From the NCBI RefSeq assembly GCF_004010195.1, contig NC_057711.1:71212797-71246441 (forward strand): DNA of 33,645 nucleotides, in the 5' to 3' direction. Shown here piece by piece: positions 1 to 11,076 of the stretch. Made by a program: the position numbers and the translations under genes. The DNA comes from Chiloscyllium plagiosum (Eukaryota). Every line of letters begins with the position of its first letter. The stretch's first letter is position 1. A model generated the notes under the pieces. That model worked only from the letters and a program-made list of their open reading frames with translations. It ran no database searches and was not told the origin of the DNA.

Positions 1-197
1 GGATAGGGGAGTCCAGAACTAGAGGGCACAGGTTTAGGGTGAGAGGGGAAGAATTTAAAAGGGACCTTAGGGGCAAATCTTTCACACAAAGGATGGTGCG
101 TGCATGGAATGAGCTGCCACAGGAAGTGGTGAATGCTGGTACAATTACAACATTGAAAAGGCATCTGGGTGGGTTTGTGAATAGGAAGGGTTTGGAA
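1..197 (+). mobile_element. HER1/CR1-type LINE, ORF2 C-terminal fragment (left part of a copy split by the hAT transposon)
   Basis: Translates to GESRTRGHRFRVRGEEFKRDLRGKSFTQRMVRAWNELPQEVVNAGTITTLKRHLGGFVNRKGL, matching the C-terminus of ORF 1118..2062. It stops at gtttggaa (190-197) and resumes at 4710. Confidence 0.92.
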
Positions 198-1028
198 CAA
201 TGATTCTCAACTGCTTTTAACCACAGCCCACCTCGGAGCCCTTCTTAGGTTCCAGGGCCTCCTTTTCAAATAGGGATACAGCACGAACAGGTAGAAAATC
301 ATCTATTACTGAACACCAATAAAGCTTGTACATTCCAACATACTGGACAAAACTTTAAAAAGACTGTATGAAATTAAACATCTAACAGGCCTAATGCAAT
401 CTTTGATCTTGATGCTTTCCTGCAAGTTTCATGGGATTAAGCTCCAAATTAGACAATGGTAGTAGGAGGTCGCCTCTTGTTGCGATATCAATTCTGTTCC
501 TGGATTTTCCTGGAAGGAAATATGTTGAGAGAAAGCCAATAAAAAAATTTGGGCTTTTCCCACAGTGTTGTAAATTTATTCTGCAGATCACTCTTGATTC
601 AAAAATCTTTTTGAAGCTGACTGAAGATCAGTCAACCTGTCTTGAATTTCTGCCTCAACTTGGGTGAGTTGTACTTCAAATGGATTCAAAATTCAATCCA
701 GTATACTGAGGTTTAACAGGTCATTAAATCTTTCTTGCATATTCTTGTGTACCTGCTTTAGATGTTACACATGCAGTAATGTCATCGTATTTTAGTGCCT
801 CTGTGATCATCTTCAGGTTTGGAAATTATAAAAATTCCCAATGTCCCATATTGTCCCATTAGACTTCGAGTTTCTTAAGGAAAGAAACAATGGCCTCTGC
901 ACAATCTATGAGGTTACTGTTTTTGCCCTGTAAGGTCTTAGTTAACAAATTAAGTTTCTGAAAGATACCTCCAGATAAAAGATGTCTGCCTTAGCATGAA
1001 TGAATCTTTCTCCATGGTCTTTGTCAGA

Positions 1029-3218
1029 CATAGAGTCATAGAGTCATAGAGATGTACAGCACGGAAACAGACCCTTCGGTCCAACCCGTCCATGCCGACC
1101 AGATATCCCAACTCAATCTAGTCCCACTTGCCAGCACTTGGCCCATGTCCCTCCAAACCCTTCCTATTCATATACCCATCCAAATGCCTTTTAAATGTTG
1201 CAATTGTACCAGCCTCCACCACTTCCTCTGGCAGCTCATTCCATACACGTACCACCCTCTGTGTGAAACAGTTGCCCCTTAGATCTCTTTTATATCTTTC
1301 GCCTCTCACCCTAAACCTATGCCCTCTAGTTCTGGACTCCCCCACCCCAGGGAAAAGACTTTGTCTATTTATCCTATCCATGCCNNNNNNNNNNNNNNNN
1401 NNNNNNNNNNNNNNNNNNNNNNNNNNNNNNNNNNNNNNNNNNNNNNNNNNNNNNNNNNNNNNNNNNNNNNNNNNNNNNNNNNNNNNNNNNNNNNNNNNNN
1501 NNNNNNNNNNNNNNNNNNNNNNNNNNNNNNNNNNNNNNTAAGTCCTGCTAAGATTTGCTTTCCCAAAATGTAGCACCTCGCATTTATCTGAATTAAACTC
1601 CATCTGCCACTTCTCAGCCCATTGGCCCATCTGGTCAAGATCCTGTTGTAATCTGAGGTAACCCTCTTCGCTGTCCACTACACCTCCAATTTTGGTGTCA
1701 TCTGCAACATTACTAACTGTACCTCTTATGCTCACATCCAAATCATTTATGTAAATGACAAAAAGTAGAGGACCCAGCACCGATCCTTGTGGCACTCCAC
1801 TGTTCTCAGGCCTCCAGTCTGAAAAACAACCCTCCACCACCACCCTCTGTCTTCTACCTTCAAGCCAGTTCTGTATACAAATGGCTAGTTCTCCCTGTAT
1901 ACCATGAGATCTAACCTTGCTTACCAGTCTCCAATCGGGAATCTTGTCGAATGCCTTACTGAAGTCCATACAGATCACATCTACCGCTCTACCCTCATCA
2001 ATCCTCTTTATTACTGCCTCAAAAAACTCAATAAAATTTGTGAGACATGATTTCTCATGCACAAAGCTATGTTGACTATCCCTAATCAGTCCTTACCTTT
2101 CCAAATACATGCATATCCTGTCCCTCAGGATTCCCTCCAACTTGCCCACCACCAACATCAGGCTCACTGGTCTATAGTTCCCTGGCTTGTCCTTATCGCC
2201 CTTCCTAAACAGTGGCACCACGTTAGCCAACCTCCACTCTTCCGGCACCTTACCTGTGACTACCGATGATACAAATATCTCAGCAAGAGGCCCAGCAATC
2301 ACTTCTCTAGCTTCCAACACAGTTCTAGGGTACAACTGATTAGGTCCTGGGGATTTATCCACCTTTGTGTGTTTCAAGATATCCAGCACTTCCTCCTTTG
2401 TAATATGGACATTTTGCAACGTGTCACCATTTATTACCCGAAATTCTATGTCTTCCATATCCTTTTCCACAGTAAATACTGTTGCAAAATACTCGTTTAG
2501 TATCTCCCCCGTTTTTTGCGGCTCCACACAAAGGCTGCCTTGCTGATCTTTGAGGGGCCCTATTCTCTCCTAGTTACCCTTTGTCCTTAATGTATTTGTA
2601 AAAATCCTTTGGATTCTTTTTAACTCTATTTGCCAAAGCTATTTCATGTCCCCTTTTTACTCTCCTGATTTCCCTCTTAAGTATACTCCTACTTCCTTTA
2701 TACTCTTCTAAGGATTCACTCGATTTATCCTGTCCACACCTTGCATATGCATCCTTCTTTTTCTTAACCAAACCCTCAATTTCTTTAGTCATCCAGCATT
2801 CCCTATACCTACCAGCCTTTCCTTTCACCCTGACAGGAATATACTTTCTCTAGATTCTCGTTATCTCATTCCTCAAGGCTTCCCATTTTCCAGCTGTCTC
2901 TTTCCCTGCGAACATCTGTCCCCAGTCAGTTTTTGAAAGATCTTGCCTAACACTGTCAAAATTGACCTTTCTCCAATTTAGAACTTCAACTTTTAGATCT
3001 GGTCTATCCTTTTCCATCACTATTTTAAAACGAATAGAATTATGGTCGCTGGCCCCAAAGTGCTCCCCCACTGACACCTCAGTCACCTGTCCTGCCTTAT
3101 TTCCCAAGAATAGGTCAAGTTTTGCACCTTCTCTAGTAGGTACTTCCACATTCTGAATCAGAAAGTTTTCTTGTACACACTTAACAAATTCCTCTCTATC
3201 TAAACCTTTAACACTATG
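1029..3218 (-). mobile_element. HER1/CR1-type LINE, 5'-truncated, inserted in the hAT transposase
   Basis: ORFs 2850..3254 (PTREGAKLDL, SDHNSIRF: APE endonuclease end), 2574..2828, 2093..2527 (KSPGPN, NYRPVSL) and 1118..2062 (DFSKAFD, GVPQGSVLGP, VADDTK) are frameshifted pieces of one ORF2. The 3' tail of 8-bp repeats (catagagt)n is at 1029-1051. Confidence 0.96.
1385..1538. other. Assembly gap (run of N)
   Basis: 154 consecutive N inside the LINE. Confidence 1.
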
Positions 3219-4709
3219 AAGGAAACTATGGTGTACCAGAGTGTAACAAAGCATTGAACATTGATACTCATCTAAGTGTGCAGCAGCAGTGTCCAGACAT
3301 CTTCATCATTTTCTTCACACAGCTGCCAGAAAAGACAATCCTGAAGGGCATGGAATTTGATGAAGTTTGCAGCCTTTATGACAACTGAAAGCAAAAGATT
3401 GAGACATCCTCTTAAGTTTTTAGCTACTAGGTGCTCCCTGTGAATGACACAATGAATAGTAAAGACAGAAGATACAACTCGTTTTAGGTGGACGATGAAT
3501 CCTCTGTATCAACCAACCATAGAAGAGCCACCATCAGTTGCACACACAATTATATTCTCGATGGGAATATTGTTCTCGTTTAAGGAATATTTGACTTCTT
3601 CAAAAATAGACAGTCCCTTAGTATCAGTTTTAATCCTCCTAGAAACCAACATCTCTTCCATTAGTTTGTTTCTGTTCCAGAATCACAAGTAAGCCATGAG
3701 AAGAGTGTTGTTATCTTGTAAAGTAGTTTTGTCGAATTGTAAAGAGAATTTCTTGGATTGTAATGAACTGACCAATCCCTCTTCAATGTTCCATACCATC
3801 TCATTGATTTTTCTGGCAACTGTGGAATTACTCAAAGGAATTGCCTGAATTGCTTCTTTGGCACTCAAATTCATGACATCAGGTGTTATTATGGATACTG
3901 AAGGCAGGATTAGCGACTCACCAAACTTCCAGTTTCAGCAATCAGTTTACTCATCTTGTATGATGCAACAAGACCCGTCTCTAATTTCTGTGATGTTTGA
4001 GTAAACATTTGTTTCAGTGTTGCCCTTCTCTCAAAATTACCTCCAAGGTTTTTGAAGAAATGTAAGGCTTTTTCCTTCTTATCCGGATGCGAGGTATCCA
4101 AATGTTTTTTTTCCATTTGCTTGGCCTCATGCTTTCATTTGACAATGTAGTCATGCAGTTCAAACACATGGGCAAAGATGGGTTTTGCGATGAAACCATA
4201 CGATAAGTATTCGACATAATAGTGCTGACACTTTTTTTTTGCCAAGGAATTCATGGGTAGAATTATTTCTGAAAATAAAATAATCATGAGGCACTTCTTA
4301 CAAGGAAAATAATTAACAAATGAACTAGGGTTTTTTAAAAAAAACCTACTACGACATGCTGATCTTCGGATAATGAAATATGGCATTAATGGATGCAAGA
4401 ACCTTTGATTGAATACGTTGACCCAGTGCAGTCTGATTCGCGACTGACTCTGAAGTGAGGCTGTGTGGGAGGAGCTTAAGCAATTAATTTACTGAGTGTG
4501 CCAAATTCAAACGGTGTGTTGGAAAGATATTATAGATAGGAGGGAAACTATTTGCTCCAATGAAGGTTGTTGCTGGGGTATTTCATCGGTTCAGTTACCA
4601 GGGTCCCCATAAACCCCATAACCCTCTTCTCACAATTTTCGGTCTGTGTGCAGCTTCAAGTACGCAAGGGCCCCTAAGGGGGCTATATGGCCCCTGTTGA
4701 GAATGGCTG

Positions 4710-4836
4710 GTTTAGAGGAATAAGAACCAAGTGCCGGCAAATGGGTCTAGATTAATTTAGGATATCTGGTCAACATGGACGAGTGGACCAAAGGATCTGT
4801 TTCCTTGCTGTACATCTCTATGACTCAATGACTCTA
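4710..4836 (+). mobile_element. HER1/CR1-type LINE 3' UTR and tail (right part of the copy at 1-197)
   Basis: gtttagaggaataagaaccaagtgccggcaaatggg...ctgtacatctctatgactcaatgactcta is collinear with the reverse complement of 1029-1160. Confidence 0.92.
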
Positions 4837-5046
4837 TATTTAACTTTACTATTCTGTCCGTGTTCCTACATGTATCAAGGTAAGATAATGGCCACAAAAT
4901 AATTTGGTATTATGGACCGCTGCCCTTTTTGAAAAATAATGTTTGTTTTGTATGCATAAGCCTCTAGTGCAGGCCATAGAGGGTCCCATCTGGCTAGATG
5001 TTCACAGAAAGTAAAACTGGTGCATGAGGCATAATGATCCAACATA

Positions 5047-5141
5047 AGAACAGAAATTGCTGGAGAAACTCAGTAGGTCTGGCAGCATTAGTGGAGAGAC
5101 AGCAGAGTCAATGTTTTGAATCCAGCGAGTCTTCTTCAGGA
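5047..5141 (-). mobile_element. Penelope-like pLTR/3'-end fragment with decayed hammerhead motif
   Basis: Reverse complement reads ctgaagaagactcgctggattcaaaacattgactct...atgctgccagacctactgagtttctccagca, the same layout as the PLE end at 31887-32007. GAAAC is mutated to AAAAC. Confidence 0.7.
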
Positions 5142-6698
5142 CAGATAATGACTCATCTTTAATACTTCAAATTGGAGATTCACTGCAACCAGTAAACTAA
5201 TTTCCACGCACACTATTTTTTCACTCACTTTTCCCTCTGGATTCATATGACCACAGAGATTATCAGTCAGACTCTGCACTGTTCCCTTGATTTAACCCCA
5301 GTGCCAGTGTCTTGGAGGTCAACAGTTGAGATTATGCCGTCTCTGAACCTCACCCAGAGAAACATGCAATCAGCAGCAGGAAGCAGTCACCCCCCCGGAG
5401 CTAGCAGAAGGGATAAGTAATTAATTTTAGTTTAGTTGCTGATTTATGTCATCTGACCAATTTCTACTGACCACTGTTGAGTTTATGGAAGTGTTTGGAT
5501 GTTTGCACTGTTATTGAAAGTTACTGGGAAATTGATGAACATTAACACAAAGCAACAAATAGCTTAAAACTTCCAAATGTTTCTTCGTTGACTGCTCTGT
5601 TAACTTGTCATAAAACCTTCAAAGAAGTTCTTTCAGGAGACTAATAAATAAGCCAAATATTACAGCTGTTGGAATTTTGAAGAAAGTACAGAAAATGTTA
5701 GAAATGTTCAGCCTTTTCTCAGCAACCCTCTGAAAAACTCACTCTCTTTCCCTCACAGATGTTGCTTGACCCCTTGAGTTTTCTAATCGTTGTGATTTTT
5801 ATTTCCTTACTTCTACCTTAATTTTTATTACTCGACCTCTTCTTGAATGCCTTTTTATAAATTGTCCCATTTAGCCTATATTGTCCCTCTTCAATCTTCA
5901 AACAGAGTGTAACCCATTACACATTTCCACATTGAATTTCACCTAAATAAAAAGTAACATTTTGGGGGTCTGTGATGAATTGGATTGCTGCCTGGTTACT
6001 GCCCTTGACAATAGTTATTGACTTGGCACAAAGAGGAAGAGAGTCAAATCTGTATTAATTAACAATCAATTTTATTGCTTAGTTAAAAGAGACACACAAT
6101 TCGTACCATTTGGTTAAGGAAAGATTTAAAAAAGCATGCAATTCATACAAGACTAAAATCTAATTGTATGGCCACTGGGTTTCTCAGATGCTCCCTAAAC
6201 AGTCACAGAATATAAAGGCTAATGCCTGAAAATGGTGGATCCTGCTGGCCAGTCAATCCCTCGAGTCCACAATGTAGGCTCCATGCTTCGAATGTAGAGT
6301 ACTCTACTTCTGCAAAGTTTGATCTCTGGAGCTTTCGCCACTTGCATGAACGGCATGCTTCATTTTTATCCTTTTTCCTTATCTTCCCATAATGTAGTGT
6401 TTTGCTTTCATTGGCTCTGGCTCATCTACTGAGCCTGTGTCCTTTCATTATGGGCTCTGGCTCCAAGCTCACTGTTACTCGTACCTCACTATTCTTCCAG
6501 CAAATAAGGATATGCATCTTATGTCACTTCCCTCGTTTTTCCTTTCAGCTGAACCGGTTCTAACCAGTCCAAGCCAATGGCTGTGGCTTGGGTTGCTTGA
6601 GTTTACAAGCTACAGTTTTTATGTGTGAGCAGCCCCTGGCTAACATGATAATAATTAATACAGCAACTTTTGAGAAGATTTTCAGTTAAGGTTGATGG

Positions 6699-7204
6699 TA
6701 AGTACATAAGTTAGCTCGCTGAGCTGGAAGGTTTGTTTTCAGATGTTTTGTCACTATGACAAGGTAACGTCATCAGTGAGAGTTACATCGGACAAACAAG
6801 CAGGAAACTTGTCACCAGGACGCATGAACACCAACTAGTCACCAAAAGACATGACCCACTATCACGAGTTTACATATATACAGATAAAGAAGGACAGGAC
6901 TTCAAGTGGAACAACTCACACATCCGAGGACATGCGAAACAAGGACATGCACAGGAATTCTTAGAGGCATGGCATTCTAACCAGAACTCCATCAATAAAC
7001 ACATTGATTTAGACCTTATCTACCTTATCTTTAAAAAAATTGGAAATGACATCACCCACCTTAAGAAAGCAAAACCTATAAATAGAGAGGTGGGACATAC
7101 CACCAGCACTTCACCAGAGACTCTCACTGATGACGTTACCTAGTCATGGTGATGAAACATCTGAAAACAAACCTTCCAGCTCAGCGAGCTAACTTATATA
7201 CTTA
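6699..7204 (+). mobile_element. 5'-truncated Penelope-like retroelement with inverted pLTR segment and GIY-YIG endonuclease C-terminal half
   Basis: 85-bp inverted repeats at 6699-6783 and 7120-7204. The stop-free frame 6784-7143 has no ATG, is absent from the ORF track, and reads YIGQTSRKLVTRTHEHQLVTKRHDPLS...FKWNNSHI...QEFLEAWHSNQNSINKHIDL. Confidence 0.92.
7122..7166 (+). ncRNA. Minimal type I hammerhead ribozyme motif in PLE pLTR
   Basis: CTGATGA (7127-7133); stem II gttacc/ggtgat around loop tagtcat; GAAA (7154-7157); CA; TC with predicted cleavage after 7161; short stem I tca/tga. Activity untested. Confidence 0.65.
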
Positions 7205-7212
7205 TAGTTATT

Positions 7213-7270
7213 ATAGACATGACAGGCTGAATGGTCTCCTTCTGTGTTGTATCATTCTCTGATTCTATGA
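7213..7270 (+). mobile_element. CR1-type LINE 3' tail remnant
   Basis: ggctgaatggtctccttctgtgttgtatcattctctgattctatga: CR1-like terminal hairpin region followed by attct(a/c)tg 8-mers. Confidence 0.6.
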
Positions 7271-8540
7271 AACTTTTCACCAAAATTGGGACCATTCAGT
7301 CAGTGATGCGCAACCAAACCTTTGGTGAGGTTTCCCAGTTTGTTACAAATCCAGATGGGATACTTCAAACTGTACAGCCCCCTGGGTGAGGAAGAATGAA
7401 CTGGTTTCCTTCATTTATTCACCAACCCACTCTGTTGTTTGTAAGAAAGTTAATTTTAAAAAGGATCCCTTCCCTTGTGGAATTCTTTCAAACAAAGTCA
7501 ATTTGTGCTTTACAAATTGATCCACATTAACCAGGCATTCTTCAATCAACAAAGAGTGAGTTTGCTAATTACTAGACACAAAAGGAATTAATAACATAAC
7601 TTACAGACATGTAGATTAAAAGTAAGAGGTGTGTCCAAAGGGATTTTTTTAAAAACCATATACCAATCAATCTCTGAATTGTTTGTGAAGAATGGATAAT
7701 GATACAATTTAGTCCTTGCATTGGAGGTTACTGTTGGGGTTGATGTTGTGGGTGAATAGTCAGCTTCACGATCCTTAAATTTGTAGCTTGGTTGATGTTT
7801 GGTAATTTTGATGCTTATTTACCATGATTTAATTCCTACATTTGTGTGAGCAAGAGTCCTTTCTTGTCCTCTATCAATTTTAACATGTTAGAATTAAGGA
7901 GGATCTTTACCTGGAGCACAGGGTAATGAGGGAAACATGCTTCAACTGTAGTCTTTGCACAGCATGCTAATGTTCTAACCCAGGCTGGTGCACACAAGAA
8001 CATTCAATCTCACTAGTCCACTCCAGTGGAGTTAAAACTGGCTTTTTAAACACCTATCCTTGCTCTTTTTCAAAGGGTAAATATAAAATGTGTCTGCAAT
8101 TTTAGACATAATCAGGGAGCAGCTTGCAGTTGAGCAGGGGATCATCAACCCTTCATAGCGTTTTGGCCACAAGAGATCACAGTCCGGTCTGTTCGACATT
8201 TCTTTGACATCTTTAGGTGTCAGTCCCAAACAGAATAATTTCATATCAGCAATTATCATCTCTGTTGCAGTTCTCCTTTTAACAAACACACATTTTGGAA
8301 GTAAGAGTAAAATTTCTGTAGAAATATGCCAGGGTTTTGCTTCATCATCAAAATAGCTTTCTTTGGTGCTTTCTCCTAACCACAAAGGTAATCAGCACCA
8401 GACTGCTGGAGCAGATGAGTTATTTGATGTTTCAGTTAATTTTCCTTTTCAAGATCATCTCTTCCGTGAGACCCATCTCATGCTCCCTCAGCATCATTTT
8501 CACTAACACCCACGGCAAGGGGTGGAAGGGGACTTAAAAT

Positions 8541-8879
8541 CATAGAGTCCCTACAGTGTGGAAACAGGCCCTATGGCCTGACCAGTCCATACTGACCCTC
8601 TGAAGAGTAACCCACCTAAACCCATTCCCCTACAGTACATTTACTCCTGACTAATGCACCTAACCTGCACATCCCTGAACATTGTGGGCAATTTAGTATG
8701 GCCAATTCACCTAACCTGCACATCTTTGAATTGTGGGAGGAAACCAGAGCACCCCAAGGAAACCCATGCAGACACAGAGAGAATGCGCAAACTCCACACA
8801 GTCACCTGAGGCTGGAATCAAAGTGGGGTCGCTGGTGCTGTGAGGCAGCAATGGAACCAATGAGCCACCGTGCTGTCCC
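8541..8879 (-). mobile_element. HE1-type tRNA-derived SINE (V-SINE group)
   Basis: The minus strand begins gggacagcacggtggctcattgg (A box) ... tttgattcc (degenerate B box), has a central gtttcctcccaca..aaagatgtgcaggttagg, and ends in the HER1-like tail ggcctgtttccacactgtagggactctatg. Homologous to 26991-27300 and 28141-28456. Confidence 0.93.
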
Positions 8880-9302
8880 AGTGGCTGGGTCCTTCCAATA
8901 CTGGGAGAAGTCTGACCATATGGGATCAATGATCTTTTGCACAGAGGCATGGATTACTGAGGGCAGTTGGTGATCTGGAGGAGTTCTCTGGAATGAGCGG
9001 TGGTCAGTGATCCTAGAGGAGAGGGTATTAGCCTTCTTGGATCAGTGATCTTACAGCAGGTACTTGGGGGACTGGGGGTGAGCAGAGACCAGGGAGTACA
9101 TTTATTGGAAAGACATTTAACTCTTCCAAATAGCAATTTCTCATGTTCCTTAGTCTGCAAGGTTTCCTAGAGCCCAGGACTCATCTTTGGCCTGAGTTAC
9201 ATCTGAAAGACAGAGAAAATGAGAGATGCACAGTTTCATTACAGTGCTTAAGGAGCCCATTTCCTGACATCAGATTGATCTCCCCATTCCTCACCCAATC
9301 CT

Positions 9303-9507
9303 ACAGGGGAGTTATCGCTGGTGTCCTGACCAATAGTTGTCTATCACTAATTACATTATCTGGTGATTTTCTTGCTTGTTCAGACTTCACCATGCACAAA
9401 TTGGCTGACATATTTCTTACATTTCAGCAACTACATTTCAAAAGTATTTCATTGGATGTAAAGTACTTTGAGATCTTTAGCCTGGAAAACACTATGTAAA
9501 GGCAAGC
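9303..9507 (+). mobile_element. Deu-domain-type SINE, 3' half with L2-like tail, old
   Basis: ggggagttatcgctggtgtcctgaccaata...acaaattggctgac...ttcaaaagtatttcattggatgtaaagtactttgagat...ctatgtaaaggcaag resembles the reverse complement of 22650-22760. Confidence 0.65.
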
Positions 9508-9544
9508 AGTTTTCTGAACCCTGAAAAGACAGTCACAACCTTTG

Positions 9545-9905
9545 GTTATTCATCTTGTGTTCATTAGGACAATCACAAGAATGCCAAATTTTATATAATC
9601 GCAACAATTTATCATACAGGACAAAAGAGGATTGATTTATTGGCAAGTTGACACATGATTCCTACATGATAGAAGTGACACATTCTTACACAGAGGAACA
9701 TGTTCTCCTCAATCAAAGCCTTGCATTCTTTGAATTTCCTGGGATCTTGGGGAACCTATTGCTTTCAAATGCTTTCTCTGTGGTAACACTGCAATCAGAG
9801 TTGACTTGCTGACCAATCAGCATGCTTTCCTAGTGTGGTATAAACTGTTGTGATTATTGACATTTGACCTTCTTACATTTGTCATGACAAGTCAAATAGT
9901 TTCAG
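9545..9905. mobile_element. Old inverted-repeat element, probably PLE-derived
   Basis: Arms ~9566-9660 and ~9793-9885 are diverged reverse complements (aagaatgccaaat..ataatcgcaacaatttat..ggcaagttgac..tgatt versus aatcagagttgacttgc..tataaactgttgtgattatt..atttgaccttctt). Confidence 0.5.
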
Positions 9906-10065
9906 CAGTATTTCTGTCTTATCAGCAATTTAATGCAAGTCTTTCCTTTTCATTTTAAAACTGGATGTGGGCAAATTGAAGTAGGTTGGGAGTGAGTTGA
10001 AGTTTTTAAAGTTTTTTTTTACATCCCACACCTACATATTTTAGGGTTTTAAAGTTCCCCTGAAT

Positions 10066-10400
10066 GACTCCAATGTACTCCTGGTCAGCCTCCCATCTTT
10101 CAGCCTCTGTAAACTTCATCTTATTCAACAATCTGTCTCTCACATATAATCTGGCAACAAGTCCCACTTATGGATTCACATTAACCTATCTTGGCTCATT
10201 CCTCTTCACATTTAAAAGGTGCATCATCTTCATCAACAGATATGGTTGGTCAGCCCTTATTCATCTCTTTACAAGCACATGCACAATTATATAAATTCAA
10301 TTGAAATAAATTGTTCCATCAGTAGTTGTTGACATTTTGTTGATAAAACAACCATTCTGCCCTTCACCTGCTTCTCTCCTGTAAAACACTTCCTAAAGAA
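10066..10400 (+). mobile_element. L2-type LINE ORF2 3' remnant, highly decayed
   Basis: gactccaatgtactcctggtcagcctcccatctttcagcctctgtaaacttcatcttattcaa reads DSNVLLVSLPSFSLCKLHLIQ, resembling the L2 C-terminal DY.N.LL.GLP....L.KLQ.IQN motif. Confidence 0.5.
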
Positions 10401-11062
10401 TTGTTTTCATGCCAACAATGTCCTTCAGTCATTTGTAAAGTACGCTCTAATCCTGAAACCCCATGCTGACTGTAATACTCACCTTCTATAACTTAAGCTA
10501 GTTAGAACTATTTACTTTTTCTTCTGTGGTTCCTGACCTTATTCCAGTGTAGTGTTGGGATGATGGTTATGAACAGTTATTGCTGCAAATGGAGGATTTC
10601 AAATTACCGAGGCCTGCAAGCTAAAGCAGTTTGATTGCATTTAATCAGGCTCTGCTCTGCAGAAATCTTGAGTGGGTAAATGAGTTACTGTTAGGAAATG
10701 GAATGAAATGCATAAAGAGAATCAATTGCAAATGCTAGCACATTATCTCTCTGTCAGGTTTGTTCACTGTTTATCTGATTACATACATAATACAGTAGGA
10801 CCTAATAAAAATATGAGAGCTTTACACAGCCAATGTAGATGACAGAGGCAAATTTTGTAGCATTTATCTGTCCTCTTAGGCTATAACAATAAATTGCATT
10901 CATTCTTCAATGCTTCCAGGGTCCTATGTCAGCACCAAGCATTGATTGGAACTATCAATATATGAGGACTCACAAAGAAGCTATAAAACTGTATGACGCA
11001 GAGTTCCAAACATCACCATCACCACAGACTTAATTGACAGTCGGCTATGAGAGAAACCATTG

Positions 11063-11076
11063 GTTGCCATAGTAAC
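11063..11076. promoter_or_regulatory. RFX X-box motif
   Basis: GTTGCCATAGTAAC fits the consensus GTNRCC-N(0-3)-RGYAAC exactly and lies in sequence I do not recognise as repeat. Function untested. Confidence 0.5.

Larger units (their letters stand above)
391..4254 (-). pseudogene. Buster/Charlie-type hAT transposase pseudogene, frameshifted and interrupted by a LINE at 1029-3218
   Basis: In order on the minus strand: MNSLAKKKCQHYYVEYLSYGF; BED-finger-like PMCLNCMTTLSNESMRPSK..KHLDTSHP; IPLSNSTVARKI..FSLQFDKTT (first Asp); CATDGGS (~3525-3545, second Asp); HCVIHREH (~3432-3454, CxxH); C-terminal FLSTY..KSRNRIDI..GDL..HQDQRLH. The segment that normally carries the catalytic Glu after STY appears deleted. 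Confidence 0.88.
198..4709 (-). mobile_element. hAT DNA transposon, Buster/Charlie type, defective (~2.3 kb once the inserted LINE is removed)
   Basis: Terminal inverted repeats caatgattctcaac (198-211) and gttgagaatggctg (4696-4709; reverse complement cagccattctcaac). Imperfect 8-bp TSD gtttggaa (190-197) / gtttagag (4710-4717), the latter with the nnnTAnnn pattern of Buster targets. Transposase remnants lie inside. Confidence 0.9.

Noticed and set aside
1118..2062. 314-aa reverse transcriptase ORF as a functional gene or a retron/DGR-like system
   Set aside because: It is CR1/HER1 LINE ORF2, frameshifted from its upstream parts, 5'-truncated and read through an N gap. The context is vertebrate repeat DNA.
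5971..6644. Possible solo LTR (tgtgatg...ctaaca, minus-strand AATAAA near 6071)
   Set aside because: No matching TSD, no second copy and no internal retroviral sequence in the window. It cannot be supported without a library search.
7341..8290. Possible second LTR-like tract starting tgttacaaatcc, including ORF 8032..8385
   Set aside because: No defined right end or TSD, and the ORF has no recognisable motif.
8920..9090. Recurring gtgatc(t/c) motifs suggesting a tandem repeat
   Set aside because: Only about four short, irregularly spaced matches; too weak to call.
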